Counted from the whole stretch's first letter, positions 11,171 through 23,827 are shown. The stretch: DNA of 63,306 bases, filler included, from Circinaria calcarea (GCA_051942165.1; 19 parts of 19 records of this genome joined end to end with filler, not necessarily neighbours in it); one strand, 5' to 3'. Notes: generated from the sequence alone by a model not told the origin. Numbers and translations: made by a program.

Positions 11171-13378
11171 AGTTCGCTTGTAAGTCACTCACATCTGAGT
11201 ACGATGGGACATTTGGCAGGGAGGTAGCATATTGTGGAAGGCGACGATGGCTTCGTTCACCTTATCTGTGGGGCTCCACTATCAAAGCCCATAAATGGGG
11301 CTATAAAAGTGTCTCTGAGACCAGAGCTAGGTCCGTAAATAACTAGGTAGTGTTGGGAAGGATATGATTACGAGGTTATACTACATGTCTGGGCAAAACG
11401 TCTCCAGATGATACGCATAGAGCTAACTTTCGTACTTTTTCGACTTTCGAGCATGTGGTGGAGCCGGGACTAAAATACTAGTTCAAAAGGCTTACAGGGT
11501 ATATAGATAAGGGCTTAGCTAAAATTAGGCGCTTAACCTTTAAGCTCTACTTCGTTTTTCAGGGTCTATACCAATGAAATACAGCTGTATTCTAATTCTC
11601 TATATATAATACGTATGTATGATAATGTGCTGAATCTATTTATTAAGTGCGTAGATGAGAAATAAAATTGCCGGAGCCTGATAGGCCCTTTCCGTGCGCC
11701 TACGCCTATTCCGTGATATGTACCACCACTCGTTGTCGGGTTTCATTAAGTTTAAAATACCCCGACTTAGTGCCCGCTCTACCCATGCGTTGTACAAGGA
11801 CACACGAAGGATTCTAGCCCGAGCCGTCGTGTATCTATATCGTCCGGAGATGCCTCGCTGTCTGGGCCTTACGAAATAAGACGTAAATACCACCAGAGCT
11901 GAGCTCACATTGTCAACCCCACCCTCACCGCTAGAGGAATCTTTCAGCTCCATAGTACTCGCATCTACTGTGGTATCATGGCCAAGTAAGAGGAGTGCGG
12001 TTTTGCCAAATCGCGCTTTTATTTTGTTTTCCCAGGGCCTGGACTTGGCATCATGGTGGGGACCAAGTGGGAAGTTCAGTAATGGTAGTGAAAGTTATGA
12101 AGTTATGGATATGTCGTTCTTTTATATAAGTGGTTAGGTCTCATTTGATGCTGGCACAAGATGGGAATAGCTCAGAGATACCTGCAGCTGTATATTAGGT
12201 TTACTACTTCAGCCAACGCCTCGTTCATCTTCGCCTGGCGTACGGAGTAGCTATCTAAGCAAGGGGCGAAGAAATATGGCTCTTTTTATGTCACGTTCGC
12301 TAATGCCTGTATCAAGCCCTTCCTCGCACCATGACGGTATTGAAGATACAGTGCTATCACGAGAGATCATTATCCGACCCTTATCTCTGGCCGAGCTTAC
12401 CAAAACTCGAAGAGTCTGCGGAATTGACCACCTGCACGCGTCATTGAAGCAAACTGAAAATGTTTGAAGAATCCAAGACGCTTACGGTAAAGCAGACTCC
12501 TACACAGGGAAATGGTCTTCTTTTCACTGAGAGTACACTTGTTTCTACAGAAACCCATAATCAGAGAGAGTCCAAGCTGACCCTCGACCCAAGATACCTT
12601 GACAAGTCAGAAACCACAACAACGCTATTAATGCTTCGACAGATGAGACATCGTCTCAAAGTGATTCGCAAGACGGCAGTTCTGGTAGCGCGACGTCTGC
12701 CGACAGTGTGCCTCAAGATAGCAATACAACCAATCAGGCCGGACCCCGGTGGGAATGCCAGTCGGTTGCTGGAGAAGCCAAACAACTGAATGTCATGGCT
12801 GGAGATTTCAAGAACGGAGTCTGAGCCGATGAGACGGCCGATGATAAGGGCATGCAAGTGAATGGCTGCATGGATAATCAGGCGTGGCGGGATCTGTTAA
12901 GGTCGAGTTACCGGGTCGCCGCAGGCATAGAGAAGCGGCCGGTAATAGCTGATATTGCGTTGACATTCTACATAACGGACACGAAAAAGTGTTAGCAAGC
13001 AGTGATCCGTTGTGCTTGATAGATTCTAAGCACCTGAAATACAGGGTCTCTACTCTTACCTACCCTCCGAACCCCTCTATACTTTCCACTTACTATACAT
13101 CGAAATCTCTTGTCTTCTCTCGGGGTCACCTCCTCCTAAACGCCACGCTCGAAACACTCTGCCCCTCCTTTCCCCCAAACCTAAACCGCGGATACTCGAT
13201 CCGGCCCCACTTCTCAAAGCCCTCTTCCACAATCTCCCCCTCCCCCCTGCCCTGCCCACTACCCTCTACATCCCCGTCNNNNNNNNNNNNNNNNNNNNNN
13301 NNNNNNNNNNNNNNNNNNNNNNTTAATTAATTAANNNNNNNNNNNNNNNNNNNNNNNNNNNNNNNNNNNNNNNNNNNN

Positions 13379-14087
13379 GACTATCAGGCTGAGGGGTCGA
13401 GAAGCAGAGTGGTGGAGGGTGGGGTTCAAGAGGTAGGACGAAAGAGAGTTTAGGGTGGATATGAACGAGGGCGTAGAGCTTGGGCGGAAAATATGGAGAT
13501 GCTGGAGGGCGGCTGAAGCATGGTTTACCAGAGACGTTATCTGTGCTGTCGGTGTTGAAAGGTCTTCGTACGCAAGGTGCTGTGCGAATTGTTTGAAAAG
13601 GATCTCGTGAAGACGTTGGATTGAAAAGCGCCCATCTGTGTCAATCCACACCACGGCGTCTCCCATGTCATCTAGTACAGTATCTTTATCTGCTTTGGGC
13701 AGGAGAGCATTTGCAGCGACGTGATATAGAAGCTGTGTTTTGCCGGAACAAGATGCAGTCCCTGCTATCTCTATGACGGATCCTCTTTTCCTTCTTCTCG
13801 CCGCAGTCAAGGCATATTGCGTTTGCCGCAGAGGGGACTCCCCTGCGTTGCGATTTACACCTCCTCGTGGTGGGTAAACAAAAACATCCAAAAGTCGTTC
13901 CAAAGGTGGAATCCCTAATCTTCGTCCTTTACTGTCGTAGGTAAGATCTCGCAAGGACCGCAATAGCTTGAGAGAAAATCCGTTTATCAATTCCCAAACT
14001 CGATGGACTCGCCACAATTCTTACCTCATCCAGAGTCTCCTCTTTCACTTCCGACAGTAACTCAACCCCAAGCACTTGCGAACTCAT
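13379..14087 (-). CDS. XRCC2: Rad51-paralog DNA repair protein, XRCC2-like (3'-truncated, 1 intron)
   Basis: MSSQVLGVELLSEVKEETLDE|LLRSL..., Walker A region VIEIAGTASCSGKTQLLY, VVWIDTDGRF and LQHLHIFRPSS. Confidence 0.78.
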
Positions 14088-14157
14088 CCCGAGAGTCTTC
14101 CCATCTAAATCAATTGATCTCAATCTCCCTCAATTCTTGAGTTTTGCGGTTCACATC

Positions 14158-14478
14158 ATGACCCCCCCTATCGAGTCATTTCCAGCTTCGGAGTTGCCAG
14201 TTCGAGTGCAATTGACAGCCCGAGGACGATTACGCAAAGATCCAATCAATCTCGTCAAATGTGACCTCATGGAGGTTCTGCAGTATAGCTGCCACCTGGA
14301 GGGCAAGCGGCGGGACACTGCGATTGTAAAGTGCGAGCCAATTGTGAGGTTGTTTAGGAGGTTTGTCAGGGCTGATCTGGTCGCTTCTTCCTATAGTCCA
14401 TTGAGGCGGCTGACAGGTGAAAGATGCGAGAATGGATGTACCGTGGAGACAACAGCCTTGGAAGGGAAAGGATTATGA
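14158..14478 (+). CDS. SOM1: Mitochondrial inner-membrane peptidase accessory subunit Som1 (probable 63-nt in-frame intron 14361-14423)
   Basis: MTPPIESFP...CDLMEVLQYSC...CEPIVRLFRR|CENGCTVETT, the Cys-patterned Som1 signature. Confidence 0.78.
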   Translation: MTPPIESFPASELPVRVQLTARGRLRKDPINLVKCDLMEVLQYSCHLEGKRRDTAIVKCEPIVRLFRRFVRADLVASSYSPLRRLTGERCENGCTVETTALEGKGL

Positions 14479-14787
14479 TTGACACCTGGAAATGGGTTTC
14501 GGGTGACTTCATTTTCTATAGATGTCTAAATCCCTTAAAGTTGAGTCTACATGTATATTCATGGATTGCAAGTAGTCCTATTTGAATATCGACTGTAGAT
14601 CCTAAATGCTACCTTGCAATACGGGCGTGAATATAGCTATCTGCGTAATAAATGTGGGGGTATCCGCGCAATTCATTCCAACCAACGCCCATTTATGCAC
14701 ATCTGATTCCATGCCACATACCTCACTTCTGTACATCCAGCAATCATTCCAGCCAGGCAGATCTTCCTAGGACATTTGAGTGAAGCC

Positions 14788-15823
14788 TTATTCGGCCCTA
14801 GAATTTCTGGAAGTTGGATCTCTTCGCCAATAGATCCGGTCCGCGTTGACGGTAGAAGTGAGGAACGCCTTGTCAATTTCGCCTCCACTATGAAGCCCAA
14901 CGCTGTCGGTGCCTCCCGGATCGTGTGTAATGTCTTGATCTACCACACCCATGTCTATTCGAGCTGTCACCGCCGCCATAGTCTCTCTCCATAACTGTTC
15001 ACGGCGTCTCCGACTGTCCTTAGTCCTGCTTCTGAACGGCAGTACTTCCACACTATTGGTAGCGGACCCTAACCCGACAAGTCTACGCAAAGCTTCTTCA
15101 CCTAGCCGACCTTCTTCTGTCGCTCGTTCTCGAATCGTCTTTGGGTCTTGTTCCCGATCGGTAAACTTTGGCGTAGCTTTGTATGTGTGCTTACTGGGAA
15201 GAGGAGGGAAGTGCCGTGGAACCTGTGGAATTGAGAGAGGTTCGGATGGCCCATTCAAGAGCGGACCTAAGAAAGGTAGATCCGTTGATTCGTCGCTTTC
15301 CTTTGCTGGCTCATATAAGATAGGCACCATGGATTTGGAAGGGGAAACCGGGGGATCGAGATGAGGTACGAGGCATCTCAGAGTAAGGTTATGAGCGCGA
15401 AGTGAATGCAGATAGTCGTGAGGGACAGCCTGAGTTCGCCTGCAGGACAACATCGACTGGCGGACTGTCGCAAGGAAGTGCGCCATATCTGACTGGTTAG
15501 GTCTCAACTCGAGGAAGTTGAACGTTGACTCTGGGCTTACATTCTTCCACATGAGCTCTGAAGCTCTCCAATGCAAGAGGAGTTGCATCTTCAAATCCTA
15601 TAGCTTCTAAGGCTAATCTGATTGCACGAGTGAGGGTGGACTGAATGACTTCGACATTCTGGCATAGGTACTCCTTGTAATCATCCGATGGCTGTTTCCA
15701 ATGTAGGTAGTGGTGACGAGAGACTTTCTTAGGACGTGTTTTGACGAGAAAGGCTTCCTCGAGACCAGCCTCCGACAAGGAGCGTTTGATAGGCACCGAA
15801 TCGTTGAACATGATGGGCGCCAT
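14788..15823 (-). CDS. TAF8: TFIID subunit 8 (histone-fold BTP domain + TAF8_C), 1 intron
   Basis: LALEAIGFEDATPLALESFR...SMLSCRRTQ (histone fold) and VPRHFPPLPSKHTYKATP...IRERATEEGRLGEEALRRL (TAF8_C). Confidence 0.88.
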
Positions 15824-16153
15824 AAGTCAAGGACGACTGCAGGTTGGCCATCATCAACTCATCTCAATCGGACTGACCTCGTTGGCGTCTCGATACGACG
15901 TGAATATGACAGAGCACTCCATGCCTCGCCTCCCGCAAGACGTTGACCGCGATATTCCCAAACCGAAGCTCATGTAGGGCTTAGGCTGAGAGAGCTATGA
16001 CTCAAGTCCCGCCACCGGGCGTAAGGAAAACCCGTCCCCGAAGTGAGCTGGACAGCCAGACAGCCAGATTAATACTTTCGGATTTTGTCTGTCTACCCAA
16101 CTCTTTAATCCACAATTGCCAAGATTGAGAAAGCGATTATCAGTCTCATAGTC

Positions 16154-16622
16154 ATGGCGGACATAGTAGGTGACTCTCTCGATTAATCAGCAAAGATCCT
16201 ACATTAGGGCTACACCTACGATTCCTAAAGCTGTAGGAAACCAGTCCACTTACTCTTTGTCTCTACACAGGACTCTAGGCCAAGCGAACGGAAAGCCCGG
16301 AAATCCGTGGCGTTCAGCGAAGGAACTACGATTATGGACTCTAACGGCGACGTCACTGAAATGAACGGCACCTCGGAAAAGACTACGGCCGAGAGTCATA
16401 CTGCAAGTAGGTTACCTACATCTGGGATATTCACCAGTCCTTGGTGGGGAACAAGTAAGCTGACGTGCTATAGCTCCTGAGGAAGCAGCAGCGACCGCCG
16501 ATAAGGGCGTGGATGAGGTTACAGATTTGTTCAAGGGCTTATCGAAGAAGAAGAAATCGAAGAAACCCAAAGATGGAGAGGCAGCTGATGCGTCCGAAGA
16601 ACCAGCTGCCACCGCTGACGGC
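16154..16622 (+). CDS. SUI3: Translation initiation factor eIF2 beta, 5' fragment
   Basis: MADI|DSRPSERKARKSVAFSEG...DEVTDLFKGLSKKKKSKKPK, with the first poly-Lys box typical of the fungal eIF2-beta N-terminus. Confidence 0.75.
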
Positions 16623-16722
16623 NNNNNNNNNNNNNNNNNNNNNNNNNNNNNNNNNNNNNNNNNNNNTTAATTAATTAANNNNNNNNNNNNNNNNNNNNNN
16701 NNNNNNNNNNNNNNNNNNNNNN

Positions 16723-17370
16723 CTCCGGTGTGAAATCATTTTGGATGTTGAACGTCTTGCGGATCTCCTCTGGTGATTTTCCCTTGATCATGTTGGCAAC
16801 GGTCTTGCATCCGACATCAAGAAGAGCCTTGATATCGAGGTAGTTGGCAGCCTAATAATACCACATGTTAAAATGCTGGTAGCAAACAACGTGAAGGCAC
16901 TGCAGCCTACCAGGATGATTTCAAAGAGCATTTCTTGGTCCACTTGCATAAACCTCTGGTCCCACTCGTCGATATCGGTAGTCTTCTTGCGCGCGTCCGA
17001 ATCGTCGTCAGCGGTAGCAGGAGGATCACCGCGGTGGTGAAGGCACCATTCGATGACCTTCTTTAGGACAGACTCGTTGACCTAGTAGGACATAAGCTAC
17101 TGATGCATGTCTAGGCGTGGAAGGAGTCTAACATTCGGGATGGGGATGGCCTCATTGATTGCCTCTTCGCCGACGTCCTCCATCATGTTCTTGATAAGAA
17201 CAGATCGCTCCGCGACTTCCTTCTCTGCACATCCCATGGTGTTAGCCACAGCTCCAATCAGGGAAGAGAAGAGACATGCTAGGCTTCCTTGGTGGAGTCG
17301 AGTAGAGCAGAGAATACTTACCGACTGGGATGTCGACATTGTCAGAGCTCCTAAGGGTGATTGTAGTCAT
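16723..17370 (-). CDS. SKP1: SCF E3 ligase adaptor Skp1 (SconC), 3'-truncated, 3 introns
   Basis: [10 protein letters not shown]...[14 protein letters not shown]...VLKKVIEWC...[63 protein letters not shown]. Confidence 0.97.
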
Positions 17371-18210
17371 GCTGGTGACGGGTGTTTTTGAAGCCCAAGG
17401 TAATCCGAGAATATTCAGTAGTGATGACAGCGATGCTCGATTGGCAGCTCTTCCTGACGGTACGGGTTGGTTGTGCAGGCTTTGTGCGTTATGAAAGGAG
17501 GATGGTGGAGTGAGGATCGCAGAGAGCGGAAGTGCCAGGTATTTGTAGGTACGAGGTCAAGTGTTGCAATTCACAAGTGATGAAAGAAAGGCAGCAGTCA
17601 CTACACCGCGCTAATGTTCGCGCCCGCATTCGGTTACAAGAGTAGCCCCGAGCTTTGTTTCCCCAGCCTCAATCTCAGTCCTTCCTCCTGCTGAACGCAG
17701 AATATGGTATAGTACCACTGCTCGCAGGAAGTGGTAAAGCTTGTATGGCTACAGAAAGGAAGTAGCGGCCAAAGTGACTGGCTTCTTGTAAGGTTCACTG
17801 TACGGAGGAGTCAAAGTGAATCTATGCCGTTACGGAGTCTGCTGTCCATCATCGTAGGGCTGACAAAGTAGTAGTACTCCGTAAGGCTGACAGCTATTCA
17901 TCCTTTGGACAAGGCCCAAGGCGAAGCTGCTCGAACTGAGCCAGAAGTCATTCTCATGATGAACCACCCGATTCTACGTGCCCCGATCCATGACAATACC
18001 ACCATGGCCATCTTTCCATTACCTCTATTCTAGGTCCGTCGTCAGTGAGAAGACGCGCTCGAGCAGTAATTTCCCATTAACCTGTATTGGTACCCTGAAC
18101 CGCTCGTCGCTATCCGCTATGTCCTATAACGTAAGATTCTCCATCCACGCGCAGTCAGCACACAGGTTCAATGAGTTTGCCGGCTGTCTTGGGCGATATC
18201 TTGCGAGAAG

Positions 18211-19965
18211 ATGTGGACGAGAGTATACCTATTGCTGATCCTCGTGCGCTTTTACTTTGCACTCTCGCCGAGCTATATCCATCCGGATGAGAACTTCCAA
18301 GGCCCCGAAGTGATAGCAGGTACGTTTCGCGGATTCCATTGCTTCAAATCCTTTTCATTGGATACAGCTCTCAGGCTGTGTCTCATGGTGGCTGCGATCA
18401 CACCGCCATTGATGCTACTGGCGCCGGGAACGGTTTCTATCTCAACTGTACTGACTCTTCCATTCTAGGCCGCATCTTTGGGTTTCCGCATCACCTCACA
18501 TGGGAGTTTACATGCCCTCAGCCTGTTCGGAGTGCATTCGCACTATGGCCCGTTTATGGCCCGCCAATGGTCATCCTTCGCTGGGTATGGACCGAGACAG
18601 GGAAAGAGAAGGTTGCGCCGGAGGTTATATATTACGCCCTGAGGGTGGTGATGTTCATGTTGAGCTTCATACTGGAAGATTGGGCGATCCACGAGCTGGT
18701 ACACTCACCCCGGCAGCGAAGAGTGGCCGTAATCCTAGTGGCTTCCTCGTACGTGACGTGGACGTATCAAACACACACCTTCTCGAACTCCGTTGAAACG
18801 CTGGTCGTGCTGTGGAGTCTGGTTATGGTTCAGAGGATTTTGGAAAATAAAGTGAGGGCAAGCCGCTTCAATCCAGTCAGTGTAGTATTGACTTGTGGTA
18901 GCAACATTCCTCCATCTTTGCGTCGGCCCTGTTGGGATCCCTTGCTGTTTTCGGAATATTCAATCGCATCACATTTCCCGCATTTCTCGTCCCTCCAGGA
19001 TTATATCTACTTCCCCACTTTCTGCGCAAGTAGGTCCCCTCCCCATCGCCTGCTTTTCTCGCACGGAGCTGACGAACCCTAGACCGTTGTCCATAATTGC
19101 TCTTCTCCTTTCCACTTTTATCTCCACCTTTTTGGCCATTCTTACGGACAAATCATTTTACCGCCCAGATTCCGCCCTCTCTCTTACCAATCCGCTACCA
19201 ACCCCACTCTCTTCCTTCCTCTATAACCTCTCCCCTTCTAACCTCTCTCTCCACGGCACCCACCCATATTACCAACACATATTCGCCAATCTCCCTCTCC
19301 TCATCCTTCCCGCTGTCCCTGTCCTCCTCACATCCCCTCTCCCTTCTCTCCGCCTCTTCTCCGCCCTCTCTGCAATCGCCATCCTCTCCCTTTTCTCCCA
19401 CCAAGAACCACGGTTCCTCCTCCCCTGCGTACCCCTCCTCCTTTCCAGCATCAGCCTTCCCCGCAGCAAGCGCTGGACGCGTGTCTTCATCGGCGCATGG
19501 CTAGTCTTCAACGCAACTCTCGGAGTCCTAATGGGCATCTACCACCAAGGCGGCATCATCCCCATGCAAATCGCGCTCGGCAAACAGCAAGCCATCCCGG
19601 GTGTCAGAGACGTGCTCTGGTGGAAAACCTACAGTCCCCCGATCTGGCTCCTGGACGGCAAAGCCGGAGAAGAAGGCTTACGGACCACTGATCTCATGGG
19701 GGTGCACATTACCGAGATGATCGCGGTCGTGGCGGAGAAATTGGGTACCTGCGGCGATACTGACAACAAAAATACAAAGAGAGACATAATCCTCGTAGCC
19801 CCACGCTCCAGAGTCGATCTCTACGCGTATACCAGCGGGGCTCGCGCAGGAGAAAACGAAGGCTGGCACTGGTCGGAAGAGCATACCGTGTGGCAGCATC
19901 TGAACCTGGATGATTTGGATCTGGGCGGGGAGGGGGTGCTGGGGACATTGGGAAGGGTACTGGGA
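18211..19965 (+). CDS. SMP3: GPI mannosyltransferase 4 (Smp3/PIG-Z), 3'-truncated, 3 introns
   Basis: [61 protein letters not shown] and HLNLDDLD. Confidence 0.93.
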
Positions 19966-20301
19966 NNNNNNNNNNNNNNNNNNNNNNNNNNNNNNNNNNN
20001 NNNNNNNNNTTAATTAATTAANNNNNNNNNNNNNNNNNNNNNNNNNNNNNNNNNNNNNNNNNNNNCCAGGAATTCTTCGTCAACTCCTCACAAATGCTAA
20101 CCGACTGGTTCTTACTCCGAAGATATGGAGGAAACGTGGTCTCCAATTTTAATTCGATGGCGAGGACTATCATGTTATACCGATGATACTCGCGTTTAAT
20201 TTTGCTCCCACTCGAAGACTATTCGAGTCTATAACCCGCTTCAAGAGGCGGACAGTGGATCCAGGTAGAGCCCGATAATGCTTCTGATTTACCGGCCGCA
20301 T

Positions 20302-21037
20302 TCACCTCCCTGAACAGCCTTCGAAACAATCCGTGGGTTTCATCGGGTCGTAGTGTTCGTAATCTTCATCGCTATCACTCTCTACCGGGACTCCCTCAAC
20401 GAAAGCATTCTGATCATCGTTTGTCTCTTTCTTCGCTGTTACTGGGCCAGCAGCATCTTTCTTCTCGTCTTCCCCCCCAAAAGCATTTTTGAAGCCTCCT
20501 TTCTTGAATCCACTTCCAGCGGCGGGTACTGATTGCGAATCAAGCTTGACCGGCTTGATGGTAATCAAACCAGATTTTTCGTCCGCTTTCCGCTCAGCTT
20601 TCCTGGCTTTGGTGCTTGCGAGAGGATCACGTTGCATTTGCTTCATCTCCTTGAGGCGCTGGAAAAAAAAGGCAATGTCACAATACAGCTCATGCTCGGG
20701 AAATACACGAACTGGTTACCTTTTTGTGCTGATGGTCATAAGAGGATTCATGGGCTTCGAACTCGTTCATGCGGCTGTAGCCTTTTGAACATAACTCACC
20801 TAGCAGAAGGGGTTATTAGGAGCACTCTTGATCGCTATATATAGCTATAACATACAGAAAAATGACTTTCTAGCCTCCCTGGCACTTTCCGTCTGTGGAT
20901 ACCTCTGTTAGAGATGAGTGTTCCTTGCCTATTGAGAAATCCGGACAAACCTTTGGCGCTGGGTTGGTAAAACCACGCTGTAGATATTCGTTATGGCTGA
21001 GTTTTCAACGATATGAACTATTGCTTACTGGAGGCAT
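20302..21037 (-). CDS. Conserved small C2H2 (matrin/U1-like) zinc-finger protein, 4 introns
   Basis: Spliced MPP|RGFTNPAPK|TESAREARKSFFC|ELCSKGYSRMNEFEAHESSYDHQHKK|RLKEMKQMQRD...GFKKGGFKNAF; C-x2-C-x12-H-x5-H spacing. Confidence 0.8.
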
Positions 21038-21311
21038 TGTGATCTGGATTCCAACGAATCTTACGGCTAATTTGATTGGGAGGTGAATGTCAGGAGATTG
21101 GAAAGAATAATGGCCTTACCCTTCTGATATCAGTAACGCTTGGACCTCTGGCTAACTTTAAGCTACGGTCCAAGCTTGCAGATACCGAGACGCCGACATA
21201 CCGATATGCACCTTTGTTATGTAGCTTGAACGGGGCAAACAATAGAGTCCTTGTTGATCAATAAGAACGAAGCTACTCAACAATTATCCTGCCTCAAGGC
21301 AGCTCTACAAC

Positions 21312-22315
21312 ATGGGAAGAGAAGGAGAGATTGAGGATTACCGGGATGACATGATCTCAATGCATGAGATCGATCCCTCACCAGTTGAAGAATCCCCCGT
21401 GGACGTTGAGAAAGGCGACTACTTTCCTCACGACTCCTCAGCGCCGTCTCCTCCGCCCCTTACACGGTCTCAATCCCTCGGTCTCAGCGGTCATAATACA
21501 GTCTGGTGGCGTACGTAAAATCCGGTTCAATGGTTCATCTCATTGTTCCTGCAGCTAGCTAACGTTTACCTCTCACAGTCAACCGCATCCACAGATACTC
21601 CTCCTACGCATTCACCACTTTTCTCACACTCCACATCACAAATACCTCGCTCATTCCCTTGGCCACTCGCTCCCTCCCCGCCTCAGATACCTATCTTCTC
21701 CTTACTCGCCCTTATTACCAATCCCCCCTACTCGAACCTGCCCTCATAGTCCTCCCTCTAGCTCTCCATATCACCTCCGGCCTCGCCTTACGCATATACC
21801 GACGGTGGCAGACAGCAAAGTGGTATGGTGCGGAGAGTAGGGACCAGCGCCGGAGGATACCCTGGCCGAAACTTACTGGGACAAGCGCATTAGGGTATGC
21901 GCTTGTACCGCTGGTGGTGGGACATGCGTTTGTAAATCGGGTAATACCTTTATGGGTGGACGGCGGCAGCTCCGGTATCGGACTGGAGTACGTGGCGCAC
22001 GGGTTTGCTAAACATCCTGCTGTGGCATTCGCGGGATATGCTACTCTTGTCGGTGTAGGCAGCTGGCATTTTGCTTGGGGGTGGGCGAAGTGGATGAGAT
22101 GGACGCCAGACGGCACCGGGAGTGATGCAGTGGATAGGAGTTTGAGGGGAAAGAGGAGGTGGTACGGGGTCAATATTGCTGCGACGCTCCTGGCCGGCTT
22201 GTGGATGGCCGGAGGACTTGGGGTAGTGGCAAAGGGAGGAATGGTGATGGGCTGGCTGGGAAAAGGATATGACGAATTATACCAGAGTGTACCTATATTT
22301 GGAAGATTGTTATGA
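21312..22315 (+). CDS. DUF1691 / Mcp1-like mitochondrial outer-membrane protein, 1 intron
   Basis: HRYSSYAF...LHITNTSLIP...YLLLTRPYYQSPLLEPALIVLPLALHITSG...GHAFVNRVIP...YVAHGF. Confidence 0.8.
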
Positions 22316-23407
22316 CGGCGATCAGGCATTGGGGATACGGTATATCCATCGTAAACCGGGTTCTGCTCATATCTAATATTAGGCATGTTGGCTCCATTTG
22401 CGTATCTTAGGTTTCGCCCATCTATACTACTCCAGAGAGCCTCAAGATGGTCACTCGAAAATCTCTCAAATCCGTAGTGAGCTTTCAATTTAAACGAATG
22501 AGGAAGCTGTTGAACGAGAATCAACGTCAATCATTTACGTTGACCGAGATCTTCTCCCTCGATTTGTACAAGGCAACCAGATACAATTTTGACTGAGCAA
22601 TCTCCTAAAGTACCTCCCCCATCTATATAATTCATACAAACGTACAGGTAGTATACTATACTCTTCTCCCTTGCAGCCTTGGACCAGGAACAAGGGGTTG
22701 GAGGGCTTCCCTCCTGTTGTTCTTGGAAGCAGGTTCTTTTGGTTTCAGAGATGCTGGACATCAAAATCGAGTGCCTATCTTGCGATCGTAACCATACAGG
22801 TCTTGGAAATACGGCAATACTGAAGACATCCCCCCCCCCTTCCGGAGGGGATATACCATATGAAAAGATTTCCGAATTTGCTCTGAAAAATTCCAGTCCG
22901 ATTGGGGAAATTGACATCACCCAGAGTTGCCGCAGGTGGAGTAAACGGAGGGGCAACAGATTTCGACTCATGAGAACAGATGGCCATGTGAGTATTCCTC
23001 ATCTTGTAATTCGTACTTCAAAACAACCTATTATTCACTAAAAGCCACAACAAAAAACTCTTAGTGCATTAACGAAGCAACAGTCTTTCCATAATATGAA
23101 TTTCCTAATTCGGAGAAGATAATCGCTGGTGATCTGTCCCTGCGGATAAGATTCAGGATGGTTGACAAAGCCACGTCTATCAAAGAGCCACGGATAACCA
23201 CCTTCAGAACGATCGATTATCTGTGATAATCTAACGGAGACTGGAACGCCCCGCACGTTCGTTCAAGAATCTGAGCAACATGGAAAACCATTTCATCGTT
23301 TCCATACNNNNNNNNNNNNNNNNNNNNNNNNNNNNNNNNNNNNNNNNNNNNTTAATTAATTAANNNNNNNNNNNNNNNNNNNNNNNNNNNNNNNNNNNNN
23401 NNNNNNN

Positions 23408-23827
23408 GTACTCTAGAGGTGAAAAGTCATCTGCTATATAACTTTTCCAGTTTCTTGGCATTCCACTTTTCGTCGGACGTGGTCCTAGCCACCCCACAAC
23501 ATACCGATAATGGAAGAGAAGGCCCTCATATTGATCCTGCATGTCGTACCCAGCCTGCGAAAGCATTATTCCCAGTGAAGAGCCTGTCGTTTGCCACCAA
23601 AATGCGGCATCTTCATTGAGTGAGGGTAGTCCTGCGGAAAGGACCTTCCACGCGTCTGTTGTGTCTTTCGGATGTGTTCTCACGGCAAGTTTCTCAAACT
23701 TGGGCTGCTCCAGAGGCTGGGACTAGAACAACATCAATTTTCATAAAATAATAAGAGTAAAAAGTGCTCGAAATACCTCTGTTGGTATCAAGGCGCCCTG
23801 CCAACCAACTGCTAAGGTCTTCTTCAT
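23408..23827 (-). CDS. DMATS-superfamily aromatic prenyltransferase, 5' fragment (1 predicted intron)
   Basis: FWWQTTGSSLGIMLSQAGYDMQDQYEGLLFHYRYVVGWLGPRP...WKSYIADDFSPLEY is the DMATS N-terminal signature. An in-frame upstream exon MKKTLAVGWQGALIPTE starts at ATG 23827 (start inferred). Confidence 0.85.

Noticed and set aside
11590..11950. Minus-strand 'PAILFLIY' resembling the LINE RT 'SPILFLIY' motif, and another frame with only TAG/TAA stops (RIP-like)
   Set aside because: There is no QGS or YADD context and no other recognisable motif; at most an unidentifiable relic.
12276..13278. Chain of short plus-strand ORFs as a possible gene or pseudogene
   Set aside because: Multiple stops, no recognisable domain and no convincing splice model.
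21715..22530. 271-aa antisense ORF, and similar shadow ORFs at 14951-15364, 31659-32150 and 58598-59197
   Set aside because: These overlap well-supported genes on the opposite strand and have no motifs, as expected from codon bias.
22531..23307. Overlapping 70-146-aa ORFs at the end of contig 7
   Set aside because: No recognisable family or coherent exon chain; it could be a 3' gene fragment but is unsupported.
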